Under the pieces are notes generated by a model. The model was not told the DNA's origin. It did not search any database and saw nothing but the letters and a program-made list of their open reading frames with translations. A stretch of DNA of 64,000 bases from Limisphaerales bacterium (GTDB lineage: Bacteria > Patescibacteriota > JACMRA01): positions 137-64,136 of the forward strand of contig JBIKIW010000002.1 of assembly GCA_044361365.1 (NCBI GenBank), given 5' to 3'. Every line of letters starts with the position of its first letter. Within the stretch, counting starts at the first letter, position 1. Positions 35,593 to 45,357 of this stretch are shown one piece after another. A program made the position numbers and the translations under genes.

Positions 35593-38500
35593 GTGAAAAA
35601 CAAAAAGTTTACATTTTTTAAAATTATAAATGCCGTAATTTTGGTATTTATCAGCGTAATTGGCTTGGTTAGTTTTTTAAGCACTCATCAAGAAATTAAG
35701 GCAGAGGCTGCTGTTAAGAGTGGTAACCTTGTAGAAGTCGATACACTTGGAAAATTTCCTGAAGGGGTCTCCGGATGCGGGGAAAGATCAGTAAAGTACG
35801 AGATTGTTCCTGATGTTGGGGTTTCTTATACCTATCTTTGCACTAGTGGAGGTTCGGGCAACCTTTACTATCAAGTTGATAATTGCACCACAGAAGGTTG
35901 TGTAGATGGAACAAACAAATATACAGATTGTGGAGATATTGGTATTGCTTTTTTGTGTAGAACTGAAACGCCAACCTCTGCAAAACCGGGAGACACAACA
36001 AACTCTAAAAGTGGAACAACTTTGACTGATCAAAAAGCTGGTATAACTTGCGATATTACAGTTACTGATTTCAAAATAGTTAATGAAAAAAAAATAAACT
36101 TAAATTATACACTTGGTGATTGTACTAAAGACGGAGCTAAACTACCTAATGCTAGTTTTTCATGTATCGCTTGGGTTGTAGCAGGAGATGAAAAGGCAGA
36201 CGATGTTCAGTTTGGCTGCGCTGGTGGAGACGAAGCTAAAGCACTGACTTTTGATGAAGGCGGAGCGTTAGTTTGGGATAGTGATCAATGTTATGCTTTT
36301 TTTACAGCAAGTGGATCAACTTGTATTAAAGAGGGTGAAATATCATCTGCTTGTGGTGGAACCGGTTTTGGGGTATCAAGTTTTAACAGGACGCTTTTTG
36401 GTTTAACTGTAGGGGCGTTCCCTTGTGCTAAAAAAGATTTTGCTACATTTAAAGCTGCAAATCCAATTTTGTCTGATATTGTTTCTGGACCGGATGGTAT
36501 TACCGGTAATGGAGGAGGCACTCTTTCAGATGATTGTAAAGGTGCTAGAGATGCAGCTATAGCAGATAAGAAAAAAGAATTTACTTGTAACAACGGTCAA
36601 AAATATACTATTGATGACAAAGGTCAGGTTGTAGCACCAGACGGAGTAACAAAATATGACTCTAGTGGGAATAAAATTCAAACCTCAACTTCTGACGGTA
36701 AAACTACAGTAGATAAAGCTGTGGATGCTACTGCTGATTTAGGTAAGTTTATCTGGCAGATTGCTGCTGGTATTTTTGCTACTTTGCTATTTTATATCAA
36801 CGGAATAGTTTTTGCTGTTTTATATTTTTTTGGAGCAATAGTATTGTTTTTCTTAAGTATAAATCCAGCGGCTGGGTCTGCCTTTGATGTTGCATCCAAA
36901 CCATGGGGAATTTTGGTGGGAGTTGCTAATGCAATTATTTTAGCTAGTTTTATGTATGTTGGTTTTGGCTATTTGTTAGGAGTTGAAAGCTTGAAAAAAA
37001 ACTTGGGAGAATTTATTCAAAAAATTATTTACTACGCCATTTTGCTAAATTTTACTCTTTCTGGAGCAGCTACCCTTGTGAATATTGGCTATGGAATGGG
37101 GAATTTAATAAAGGTTTCCTATGCCGGCACCACCAATGGACAAGAGCTAAACTATGCACTTAGTGGAAATCTACTCAATTCTATTGGTAAAGTTTCACTT
37201 ATTCGATGTGGTAACCAGGGAGTTAAAGACTGTGTAGTTTATGATAACAAAACTGGTAAACCGGATTTTTTTAAATCTAATAATTTAGGTGGTATTTTCG
37301 GTAAACCTGAGTCTGCTGGAGAAGCTGCAATCCGTGAAGGAATTTCACTGGTAATGGCAGGTTTTGCTATTTATGTATTTTGGAGGGTGCTGAAGATCGT
37401 GGTCTTTAGATTTGTAGGAATTTGGATGATCATGATTTTATCTCCGTTAGGTTTGGCATCATATTTTTCACCAGTTGAAAGCTTGCAAAGCCTTGGAAAA
37501 GAGATGTGGGACAAGTTTATAAAATTTGTACTTTTTTACCCAGCATTTATCTTTGCTCTGATTTTGGTAAACTTGCTTTCTGGTACTTTTTCATCAAAAT
37601 ACACCGCTATAGATTCTAAGGTTGTAGGAGCTGGTACTTCAGCTACAGAGAGCTTGTTAAACTCCACTAGTGTTATCTTGGGTGCAGTTGTTTCCATGAC
37701 AGCTTTGTACTATGTTACCAAATATTTTGCAGATTCGTTTGATGCAGATATGGGTAAGGTTGGAGAAGCTGTGGGCAAAGGTTGGGAAGGGACTAAGAAG
37801 GGCTTGGGTGGTACGTTTAATGTGGCTAAAAAAGGCTTGGGTGGTACGTTTAATGTGGCTAAAAAAGGTTTATACGGAGCTGGTATAGCCGGTAGACTTG
37901 GTAATAAAGGTATAAAAAGTTTAGCATATGCTACTGGCAATAAAGACGCTTATGATAAAACAGCAGATAATTTTAGAAAAAATGCTACTTTAAGAACAGT
38001 TGGTAATCTTTTAACGGGAAGAACTCTTTACGATTTAGAGCAAAAAGCTGTTTCCGCCAAGCGAGTTTGGACAGGTATTAGCAACACAGCCAAAAAAGAC
38101 ATTGAAAGAAACAAAGGTGAACAAGATGTATATAATTCAGCTTCTTTGCGAGGAACTTTAGGTAAATACATACCAGGAATGACAGGAATTCTTGATAATG
38201 TGGGAGATGATCCTCTACGAGGGGTAGCACCAGACTCATTAACTACTAAATTAGTTGATGAATTAGCTCAAGAAGTTGGAGGAAACAAAGCAAATGCTGT
38301 AGTAGAAGGTACTAGCAACCTACCTGGTCCAGTAATTTTGGCAAATCTTCAAGGAATGCTTGCAAAAGGCTCTGTAGATAATGACCGTCTTAAAGAGATT
38401 TATCAACAAGCTCTTAAAACTGACGATGCTGAAACCCTACAGATTCTACAAAATGAACCAATGTTTAGAGAAGCAGTTAAAACAATGTATGACGATGTAG

Positions 38501-39702
38501 ATACTGAAATTAAAAATAAAATTAGTGATAACTATGGAAACTTTCTACCAAATGATACCAAGCTTAAACTTAATACTGAATCTAAAGCCAGAAATAAAGA
38601 TTATCGTCCAAGTAATGTAGAAGCAATGGATGAAAAATTCAGTCAGCAATATATAAAATCTTTAGAAGAGTTATCCAAGCGGGGTTCGCAAGTTGCTCGT
38701 GAAAAACTAGCTAGCTTTAAGCAACAAAAAGCAAGCCTTGGAGACGCTGTAAAAAGGGCTGACCAAAAATTACATGGTGTTAAAGATGGTGAAGTTAAAG
38801 AGGCTTTAGTCAATGGTAATGCTGAAGCATATACAAAAGCCGCTAAGCAAGTAAAAACAAATCTGGAAAATCCTGATAAAACAAAGTCAGAAAAATTCTC
38901 TAAGGACACAGACAGAATAATGAGCATGAAAGAAGGTGAGTTTGAAAAATTTGTTGATGAGCATGGATTGCGTGACGCTCATGATGAACTTGGACTTAAA
39001 GACCAAAAAGATTTTGCAACAAGAAAAGCTATTTTAAAACAAACTATAGAGGGTTCAAAGCAAGCAAATAAAATTCTAGAATCTGATAAAATCAAAAATC
39101 TAGAAAAAGAAAGTGAAGCCCTAGAAAGTCATGCTAACGGTACAGCTACAAACAATGACTACAAAGAATTAGCTTTAGCTACTGATGGATTAAAAGCTGA
39201 ATTAGAGCAAGATTTTGAAAAAGTTGCAATGGAAGAATATGAAAAAAATACAGCAGCACTGCAAAGTGATATAGATCGAATTATAAAAAATACAAACAAA
39301 GAGTACGAAGAGGCAAAAGAAGAGGCAATAAAAAATAAAAGAGAAAGAGTTCAGACAAGTTCTAAAAAAATAAAAGAGCATCTCAGGGTTGCTTCTACAG
39401 CTACCGGAGCTGACAAGGATAAAGCCAAAGAGAACGCTAAAAGGGAGGCAAGTAAGCACTTAGATAGAAGTAGAGGACCTGGTGTAGGTTATGACGTTGT
39501 AGAAAAAAACATTGATCATGTAGCAGATGGAACTGGTGGAGGTTGGGATTTTAATTTGGCTACCAACGGTCAAAATTACGCAAATAATCAGCAAGCTAAT
39601 AGTCCTAATAGAGTCCAAGAAATTAAAAACCAGATAGGTGACGCTGTGAAAGATGCTGCTATTAGTGAGAATCAAATAGATCCAGATGATATTAATTTCT
39701 AA
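35593..39702 (+). CDS. Giant envelope protein: signal/TM segment, Cys-rich extracytoplasmic domain, polytopic membrane core (VirB6/TrbL-like?), long charged coiled-coil tail
   Basis: 1369-aa ORF with a GTG start. More than 25 Cys in residues 60-330. At least 8 hydrophobic helices in residues 390-700. K/E/D-rich C-terminal 600 aa. Confidence 0.6.
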   Translation: MKNKKFTFFKIINAVILVFISVIGLVSFLSTHQEIKAEAAVKSGNLVEVDTLGKFPEGVSGCGERSVKYEIVPDVGVSYTYLCTSGGSGNLYYQVDNCTTEGCVDGTNKYTDCGDIGIAFLCRTETPTSAKPGDTTNSKSGTTLTDQKAGITCDITVTDFKIVNEKKINLNYTLGDCTKDGAKLPNASFSCIAWVVAGDEKADDVQFGCAGGDEAKALTFDEGGALVWDSDQCYAFFTASGSTCIKEGEISSACGGTGFGVSSFNRTLFGLTVGAFPCAKKDFATFKAANPILSDIVSGPDGITGNGGGTLSDDCKGARDAAIADKKKEFTCNNGQKYTIDDKGQVVAPDGVTKYDSSGNKIQTSTSDGKTTVDKAVDATADLGKFIWQIAAGIFATLLFYINGIVFAVLYFFGAIVLFFLSINPAAGSAFDVASKPWGILVGVANAIILASFMYVGFGYLLGVESLKKNLGEFIQKIIYYAILLNFTLSGAATLVNIGYGMGNLIKVSYAGTTNGQELNYALSGNLLNSIGKVSLIRCGNQGVKDCVVYDNKTGKPDFFKSNNLGGIFGKPESAGEAAIREGISLVMAGFAIYVFWRVLKIVVFRFVGIWMIMILSPLGLASYFSPVESLQSLGKEMWDKFIKFVLFYPAFIFALILVNLLSGTFSSKYTAIDSKVVGAGTSATESLLNSTSVILGAVVSMTALYYVTKYFADSFDADMGKVGEAVGKGWEGTKKGLGGTFNVAKKGLGGTFNVAKKGLYGAGIAGRLGNKGIKSLAYATGNKDAYDKTADNFRKNATLRTVGNLLTGRTLYDLEQKAVSAKRVWTGISNTAKKDIERNKGEQDVYNSASLRGTLGKYIPGMTGILDNVGDDPLRGVAPDSLTTKLVDELAQEVGGNKANAVVEGTSNLPGPVILANLQGMLAKGSVDNDRLKEIYQQALKTDDAETLQILQNEPMFREAVKTMYDDVDTEIKNKISDNYGNFLPNDTKLKLNTESKARNKDYRPSNVEAMDEKFSQQYIKSLEELSKRGSQVAREKLASFKQQKASLGDAVKRADQKLHGVKDGEVKEALVNGNAEAYTKAAKQVKTNLENPDKTKSEKFSKDTDRIMSMKEGEFEKFVDEHGLRDAHDELGLKDQKDFATRKAILKQTIEGSKQANKILESDKIKNLEKESEALESHANGTATNNDYKELALATDGLKAELEQDFEKVAMEEYEKNTAALQSDIDRIIKNTNKEYEEAKEEAIKNKRERVQTSSKKIKEHLRVASTATGADKDKAKENAKREASKHLDRSRGPGVGYDVVEKNIDHVADGTGGGWDFNLATNGQNYANNQQANSPNRVQEIKNQIGDAVKDAAISENQIDPDDINF
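37801..37866 (+). repeat. Perfect 33-bp tandem duplication, in frame (GLGGTFNVAKK x2)
   Basis: ggcttgggtggtacgtttaatgtggctaaaaaa occurs twice back to back, with a partial third start (ggttta). Confidence 0.95.
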
Positions 39703-39712
39703 ACATATAAAT

Positions 39713-40699
39713 ATGCCTGAAACAACAAACACATTAACTAATTTTATTGAAAAGCTTCAATCCGTACAAATCGAGTATTTAAAAACCATTGGGCTTTTAC
39801 TTCCGGAAACTGAAGATTTAACGGAGTTGTTTTTATGGAAAGGTTTATATTCAATTTTAGCAGAGGGTCATTACAAGGAGCTAATTACAACTGAAAATGT
39901 ATTTAAATTTGCTCAAATTTTTAGTCAATTTGATCAGGAAAAACAGCGAAAATATCTTAATGCCTTGGAAGATAAATTTATTCAATCTGATAGAAATTAT
40001 CAAAATACAATGATGATAAGCTCTAAAATATTAACTGAAAACACTATTCAAAATGCCCGAAACAAGATCCCTGAAGCTGCTAAACCCATTTTTGATTATA
40101 TACTTTACTCTAGACTTTCGGGATTAGAAATTGATGAAAATTTAATCAACGAGGCAATCCATGAACTCAGCCCTGAAGGTCAAGCTGAACTTGCTGCGGC
40201 CAACATTTATCAAACAATTGAAAAGACTAAACGAAAGCCATTAAACGCTGGAAGAATTGACGGACAAACTCAATACAACCAAGTATTTACTAAGGAGCAA
40301 TTAGCAAAGGTTTTGGAAGAAAAGGAGCAAGGCTCACAACCTACAAACAATCTTCAAGCTTCCGCACCTATTGCAGAACCAAAAATAATAACTCCAGGAA
40401 TTCGTACTTTGCCCAAAAAACAACCAGCTAAACCTGCTTACCCACAACAAAATTTCGTATCTCAGCCAGCACAACAAAACCCTACTCAAAACTATCCGCA
40501 ACAACAAGTATTACGACGTTCACCACTACCAAGAACTGTAATGAATACTAGAGCAGCTCCAAGAGTTTCAAGACCAATGAACACCCAAAATAGACCACCT
40601 TCGCCAATCAACACAGTTCCAAGAACACAGCCTCCAACCCCAGGTCAGACTCCAGAATTTTCTAAAACAGTTCACGGATTAAATGATTTATTAAAATAA
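39713..40699 (+). CDS. Hypothetical protein with a P/Q/N-rich C-terminal tail
   Basis: ORF immediately after the giant protein. I prefer the ATG at 39713. No motif recognised. Confidence 0.5.
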   Translation: MPETTNTLTNFIEKLQSVQIEYLKTIGLLLPETEDLTELFLWKGLYSILAEGHYKELITTENVFKFAQIFSQFDQEKQRKYLNALEDKFIQSDRNYQNTMMISSKILTENTIQNARNKIPEAAKPIFDYILYSRLSGLEIDENLINEAIHELSPEGQAELAAANIYQTIEKTKRKPLNAGRIDGQTQYNQVFTKEQLAKVLEEKEQGSQPTNNLQASAPIAEPKIITPGIRTLPKKQPAKPAYPQQNFVSQPAQQNPTQNYPQQQVLRRSPLPRTVMNTRAAPRVSRPMNTQNRPPSPINTVPRTQPPTPGQTPEFSKTVHGLNDLLK

Positions 40700-40840
40700 T
40701 TTTCTATTTAAATTGCATAAATTTATCTAGTCTTTTTTGAATATTATTTGGTTTGTACTTTGTAATCATAATTTTAATTTACCTGTTCCAACTTTACAAC
40801 TAGCTACCAAAAAGTTTCATATTTTTAATAAGCTATTTTT

Positions 40841-41539
40841 ATGCAATTTTATCCTTCAATTTTAGAATATTCCAAAGTTCAATTGGACAAGAGATTGATC
40901 CAAGTAACTCAAAATCTAAATGTTTTTAGACAGATTCAAAATCCAAATTTAGATATTAAAAATTTACCTAAAATAGGTTTTCATGTAGATGTGGTGATGA
41001 ACAGTTTTGCTAAGGATAGAAAAGTCATGGCTTCGCTTGGATTACCAACTTTTTTAGAAACTCTAGCTAAAAATTTCCCTACAGAAAGTTTAGATTTGTC
41101 TATTCATCTTATGGGGTTAACCGACGATTTGGTGGAAGCAGATAAGTTTTTGAGAAATTATCATTTCAAACCAAGTTGGAATTATACTGTTTTTGTACCT
41201 GAAAAATTCGTTAGTTCCTTCAACTACCATTCCCAAATTTACCCAAACTACAGAGTTGGAATCTGGTACGATTTAAGCCAGTGGCAAGAAAGCAAGATTA
41301 CACACCAAAAAGAAATTGAAGATTTTTTATTAATGACTGTTGTAGCTGGTAAATCCGGTCAAAAATTAACCCAAGAAAATAGGCAAAGTGCTTTGGATTT
41401 AGTACAAAAATTTCCTCAAAAAAAGTTTTTAGTTGATGGTGGTTGGAGCGTTGGCTGGAAAGAAGATTTTGATAACCTTGAAGTAGTTAGCTACTCAGGT
41501 TTTTGGAAGGAATTTGAAAAAAGACTAAACTTAGTTTAG
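40841..41539 (+). CDS. Ribulose-phosphate 3-epimerase-like TIM-barrel protein (divergent)
   Basis: FYPSILEYSKVQL and GFHVDVVMNSF resemble the RPE segments PSILSADF and HVDVMDGHF, but the DG is not conserved. LVDGG near the C-terminus. Confidence 0.35.
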   Translation: MQFYPSILEYSKVQLDKRLIQVTQNLNVFRQIQNPNLDIKNLPKIGFHVDVVMNSFAKDRKVMASLGLPTFLETLAKNFPTESLDLSIHLMGLTDDLVEADKFLRNYHFKPSWNYTVFVPEKFVSSFNYHSQIYPNYRVGIWYDLSQWQESKITHQKEIEDFLLMTVVAGKSGQKLTQENRQSALDLVQKFPQKKFLVDGGWSVGWKEDFDNLEVVSYSGFWKEFEKRLNLV

Positions 41540-41549
41540 ACTGGTATTA

Positions 41550-42773
41550 ATGTCAGTTACAAATCTTGGTACTGCGGTTGTTACCAATGCAGGCGGAATT
41601 GGAGTTATAGCTATTGATAGCATAGCCAAAACTCGCCTTGAGTTGGTTGAATTAAGTGCAGAAACTAAACAAAAATTAAAAGAGGTTTTACCATCTTCAG
41701 CCAGTCTTGGAAATCCAATTGATATTTTGGGAGATGCTCTGGCTATACGATATCAGCAAGTTTTGGAGATTTTGGGAGAAAGTGGGGAGATCGGGTCAGT
41801 TATTGTAATCCTAACACCACAAGTAGTTACTCAAAGCCTAGAAACAGCTAAATTTCTGGTTGATTTTAGCCAAAAATACCCAACTGTTGTAATTGTGCCT
41901 GTTTTTATTGGTGGGAAGCTTGTAAAAGAAGCTAAAGATGTATTACAAAATAATAAATTACCTTTTTACGATACTCCAGAAACAGCCATTAATAGCCTAA
42001 ATCACTTATATGAATATAGTTTGTATGAATCAGTAAGATTTCAGAAAAATAACCGATCAGAAAGTTTACTAAAAAACTCCTTAGACAGTTTGGATAAAGC
42101 TAAAATTGCAAAAATTAGACAAAAATTGAGTAGCGTAAAGAGCAAAAATCTGGACTATGAAACTATTTTAGAAATGGCAGATGTAGTTGATTTAGAAATG
42201 GCAGATTCAGTTTTAATTAAACCTATGGATTCAGATTTTAAAATTACAGATTTTTTGGCAAAACACCCAAACGGAATTGCAGCAAAAGTTGTGGACGGAG
42301 ATATTTTACACAGAACTGAGAGAAAAATGGTTCAAGTAGGTTTAAAAAGCAAACAAGAAGTTGTAGATTTTATACAAGAATTTAGTGATTTAAAGCCACA
42401 AATTGCCTTACAAGAAATGATAATTTGTGATCGCTTGGAAGCTTTTATTGGAGTTAATTTTGATGAGCAGTTTGGCTATACTTTTGTGGCTGGAAGTGGT
42501 GGAATTTACGCTGAAGTTTATAAAGATTTTATTCTTGGCCCTATTCCTACAGGCTCAGAAGAAATTTTTTGGTATCTCAAAAAAACCAATATTCACAAAT
42601 TTTTTGATGGCTATCGCAATAAATTTTTTGATGAAGATAAATATATTCAGAGCATCTATAAGCTAACTTTGTTAGTTCAAATTTTCCCTCAAATTCAAAG
42701 TATTGATGTTAATCCATATATTGCTACTAAAACTGGTGGAAAAATTGTTGATTTTAAAGTGATTTTGAAATAG
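41550..42773 (+). CDS. ADP-forming acyl-CoA synthetase fragment (ligase-CoA domain plus ATP-grasp; lacks the N-terminal CoA-binding domain)
   Basis: Starts at NLGTAVVTNAGGIGVIAIDS, which is the typical start of the second domain. The C-terminal half looks like an ATP-grasp. Confidence 0.5.
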   Translation: MSVTNLGTAVVTNAGGIGVIAIDSIAKTRLELVELSAETKQKLKEVLPSSASLGNPIDILGDALAIRYQQVLEILGESGEIGSVIVILTPQVVTQSLETAKFLVDFSQKYPTVVIVPVFIGGKLVKEAKDVLQNNKLPFYDTPETAINSLNHLYEYSLYESVRFQKNNRSESLLKNSLDSLDKAKIAKIRQKLSSVKSKNLDYETILEMADVVDLEMADSVLIKPMDSDFKITDFLAKHPNGIAAKVVDGDILHRTERKMVQVGLKSKQEVVDFIQEFSDLKPQIALQEMIICDRLEAFIGVNFDEQFGYTFVAGSGGIYAEVYKDFILGPIPTGSEEIFWYLKKTNIHKFFDGYRNKFFDEDKYIQSIYKLTLLVQIFPQIQSIDVNPYIATKTGGKIVDFKVILK

Positions 42774-42810
42774 GTTTGACTACCTGATAGCTTTTTGATG
42801 AGCTTCAGTT

Positions 42811-44358
42811 ATGTTTTACACAACTCTACCAATTCCATATGTAAATGGTGATCCTCATTTAGGAGCATTACTAGAATCTCTGACCGCCGATACTTTTGCT
42901 AGATATAAGAGAAGGACTGGCGAGCGGGTAAAATTTAGTATGGGGCTTGATCAACATGGTTTAAAGATTTTTCAAAAAGCTCGAGATTTGAATATGGAAA
43001 CCAAGGATTATGTTCAAAGAGAAAGTCAAAAATTTATTGATCTTTGGAAAACCTTTGAAATTACCAACGATATTTTTACCCAAACTTCAGACTTAAAACA
43101 TAAAGTAATTGCTCAAATTTTTTGGCAGAAATTGGCTAAACGAAAGCTAATCTATAAAAAAACTTACACCGGTTTGTACTGTGTTGGGTGCGAAGCTTTT
43201 TATTCAACCGGGCAATTAAACGAAGATGGTTGCTGTCCAATCCACCTTACCGAACCAATTGAAATGAAAGAGGAAAATTACTTTTTTAAGCTATCTGAAT
43301 TTACCCTACAAGTTAAAGATTATCTGCAAACGGCTGATATCAGACCAACTTCAGTAAAATTGGAGTGGTTGAATTTTATCAAAGAGGGTTTGGAGGATAT
43401 TTCAATTTCTAGAGATAGCAAAAATCTGCCTTGGGGAATTCCAGTTCCAGAAGACGATGGGCAGGTGATGTATGTTTGGTTTGAGGCTTTGATTAATTAT
43501 TTAACAGGTTTGGTAGATGAAGAAAGTGTGGATAAATACTTAGAATTTCCACTTCAAAAAGAAGAATTTGCTAAAGAAATTTGGGATCAAGTTAAAGAAG
43601 GATTGCCAATAAATATGGAATTTATGGGAAAAGATATGCCTAAATTTCACCTTGTAATTTGGACAGCTATGCTTTTAGGTATTGGTTTAGAGCCGACAGA
43701 AATAAACTTGGTTCATGGATTTATTAACGACAAAAATGGACGCAAAATGAGCAAAAGCATGGGTAATGGTGTTAGTCCCTTAGATTTGGTTGCAAAATTT
43801 GGAGTAGAAGGAACTCGTTTTATAATGCTTTATGAAATCAACACTTACGATGATACAAACTTTGACCTAGATAAAATTACCGCTAGTTATAATGCAAATC
43901 TTGCTAATAATTTAGGCAATTTAGTCATGCGAGTTTCTAATCTGAGTGAAAAATTGCTAGGTGGAATTTTGCCAGAACCCCAACTTGAAGATCTGGAAAA
44001 TTTTGAAATTCCTACACCTGAGGGTAAGTCCAAAGAGTTTGATTTAGCCTTTAGCGAGGTTTTGCAAAACATGGAAAATTATCAACCACAAAGGGCCGTT
44101 CAAGCTTTATTTAATCAAATTTCTTTGCTTAACGAGTATTTGGAACAAACTAAACCCTGGAGCTTAGCAAAAGATTTACCTAAAAACCGATCTGAAATTG
44201 AAAAAATACTTGGTCTATCAGCTTTTGCCCTAAGAAAAACAGGAGAAGTTTTATCTATTTTTATGCCTAATACAGGGGCTAGAATTTACGAAATATTTGC
44301 AGCCGAAATTATCACCAAAGCCGAAATTTTGTTTCCTAGAATTGAAAACAAGAAGTAA
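42811..44358 (+). CDS. metG: Methionyl-tRNA synthetase
   Basis: PYVNGDPHLG (HIGH), KMSKSMGN (KMSKS), zinc knuckle CVGCEAF...CCPIH. Confidence 0.9.
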   Translation: MFYTTLPIPYVNGDPHLGALLESLTADTFARYKRRTGERVKFSMGLDQHGLKIFQKARDLNMETKDYVQRESQKFIDLWKTFEITNDIFTQTSDLKHKVIAQIFWQKLAKRKLIYKKTYTGLYCVGCEAFYSTGQLNEDGCCPIHLTEPIEMKEENYFFKLSEFTLQVKDYLQTADIRPTSVKLEWLNFIKEGLEDISISRDSKNLPWGIPVPEDDGQVMYVWFEALINYLTGLVDEESVDKYLEFPLQKEEFAKEIWDQVKEGLPINMEFMGKDMPKFHLVIWTAMLLGIGLEPTEINLVHGFINDKNGRKMSKSMGNGVSPLDLVAKFGVEGTRFIMLYEINTYDDTNFDLDKITASYNANLANNLGNLVMRVSNLSEKLLGGILPEPQLEDLENFEIPTPEGKSKEFDLAFSEVLQNMENYQPQRAVQALFNQISLLNEYLEQTKPWSLAKDLPKNRSEIEKILGLSAFALRKTGEVLSIFMPNTGARIYEIFAAEIITKAEILFPRIENKK

Positions 44359-44365
44359 TTTTGTC

Positions 44366-44571
44366 TATAGAACCCATTTGAAAACTAATCGCAACAAAAA
44401 GCCATTAAATAGTTTTGCCCTGATAAGGGAAATGTCCGAAGGACAAAGGGTTTTATGGAACTTTAAAGTGAAGATGAAACCCACAGTCCCGCTGGGACAG
44501 CTCCCTTATCAGGGAGCAACTAGCAACTTTTGGCTTAATATTCAGGTAAAAGTAATCAAATGGGTTCTATA
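44366..44571 (+). mobile_element. MITE-like element, family A, copy 3
   Basis: tatagaacccatttgaaaactaatc ... agtaatcaaatgggttctata has nearly perfect terminal inverted repeats. Its right terminus supplies the gatD stop codon (cta at 44567-44569). Confidence 0.8.
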
Positions 44572-45355
44572 AAAACCTCTTCAAAATATAATTTTTAGCG
44601 TCCAAGGCTGTTTGATCGTTGATTTTTTCTTTAAAAACTTTTAAATAGGTCTGAGGATCCATTTCGCCATTTTCAGCCTTTCTTCGCAAACCCTGTTTTA
44701 TTAAATAATCACACAACTCTGGGTTTTTAGGCAGACAAGATCCATGAAGGTACGTTCCAATAGCATTTTTATAAACACAGCCCTCGTATTTTCTTTCAAA
44801 ATTATTACCAAATCCAACCAAAACTTCAGCTAGTGGTTTAGATTTTTCTTCTGATAAAAAGTGTGTTTGGCCACTGTGATTTTCAAAACCTACCAACTTA
44901 GCTCCTTTAATTTCTGGTATCAAACAATTTGCAATTACGTTACCAATGCAGCGAGATTCTACGCTACTATTTGGTGCTTGAGTAACTACATCAAAAAGAC
45001 CTAAACCATCAATTTGCAAGCCATCTCCTGTCACAAATTTTTGTCCTAAAAGTTGATATCCTCCGCAAATAGCTAAAGCTGGAGTGCCATTTTCTACATC
45101 CTCAATAATTTTATCTTTTTTATAAATTAAATCCTTGAAAATCTCATATTGCTGTTTATCCTGACCTCCTCCAATAAAATACAAATCGCTTTTTAGAGGC
45201 AATTTTTGTTTTGGATCGACGGTTTGATAAACTACTTCTATGCCATATTTTTGGAGTCTATATTTTAGAGCAATAATATTTCCAAAATCTCCATAGATAG
45301 ACATCTGATCTGGATAAAGATGAGTTATTTTAAATTTTAAACTATTTTTAGTCAT
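44567..45355 (-). CDS. gatD: Lipid II isoglutaminyl synthase glutaminase subunit GatD (CobQ-type GATase)
   Basis: Collinear with S. aureus GatD: YGDFGNIIALKYR, LYFIGGGQDKQQ, AICGGYQLLG, VGFENHSGQT, GTYLHGSCLPKNPELCDYL. Confidence 0.85.
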   Translation of the reverse strand: MTKNSLKFKITHLYPDQMSIYGDFGNIIALKYRLQKYGIEVVYQTVDPKQKLPLKSDLYFIGGGQDKQQYEIFKDLIYKKDKIIEDVENGTPALAICGGYQLLGQKFVTGDGLQIDGLGLFDVVTQAPNSSVESRCIGNVIANCLIPEIKGAKLVGFENHSGQTHFLSEEKSKPLAEVLVGFGNNFERKYEGCVYKNAIGTYLHGSCLPKNPELCDYLIKQGLRRKAENGEMDPQTYLKVFKEKINDQTALDAKNYILKRFL

Positions 45356-45357
45356 AC

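Noticed and set aside
44297-44572. 91-aa plus-strand ORF downstream of metG; also the 63-aa minus-strand ORF at 6647-6838.
   Set aside because: The first ORF starts inside the metG 3' end in another frame, and most of its length is read from MITE family A sequence (44366-44571). The second spans intergenic sequence and overlaps the adk-like start. Neither has a coding-like composition.
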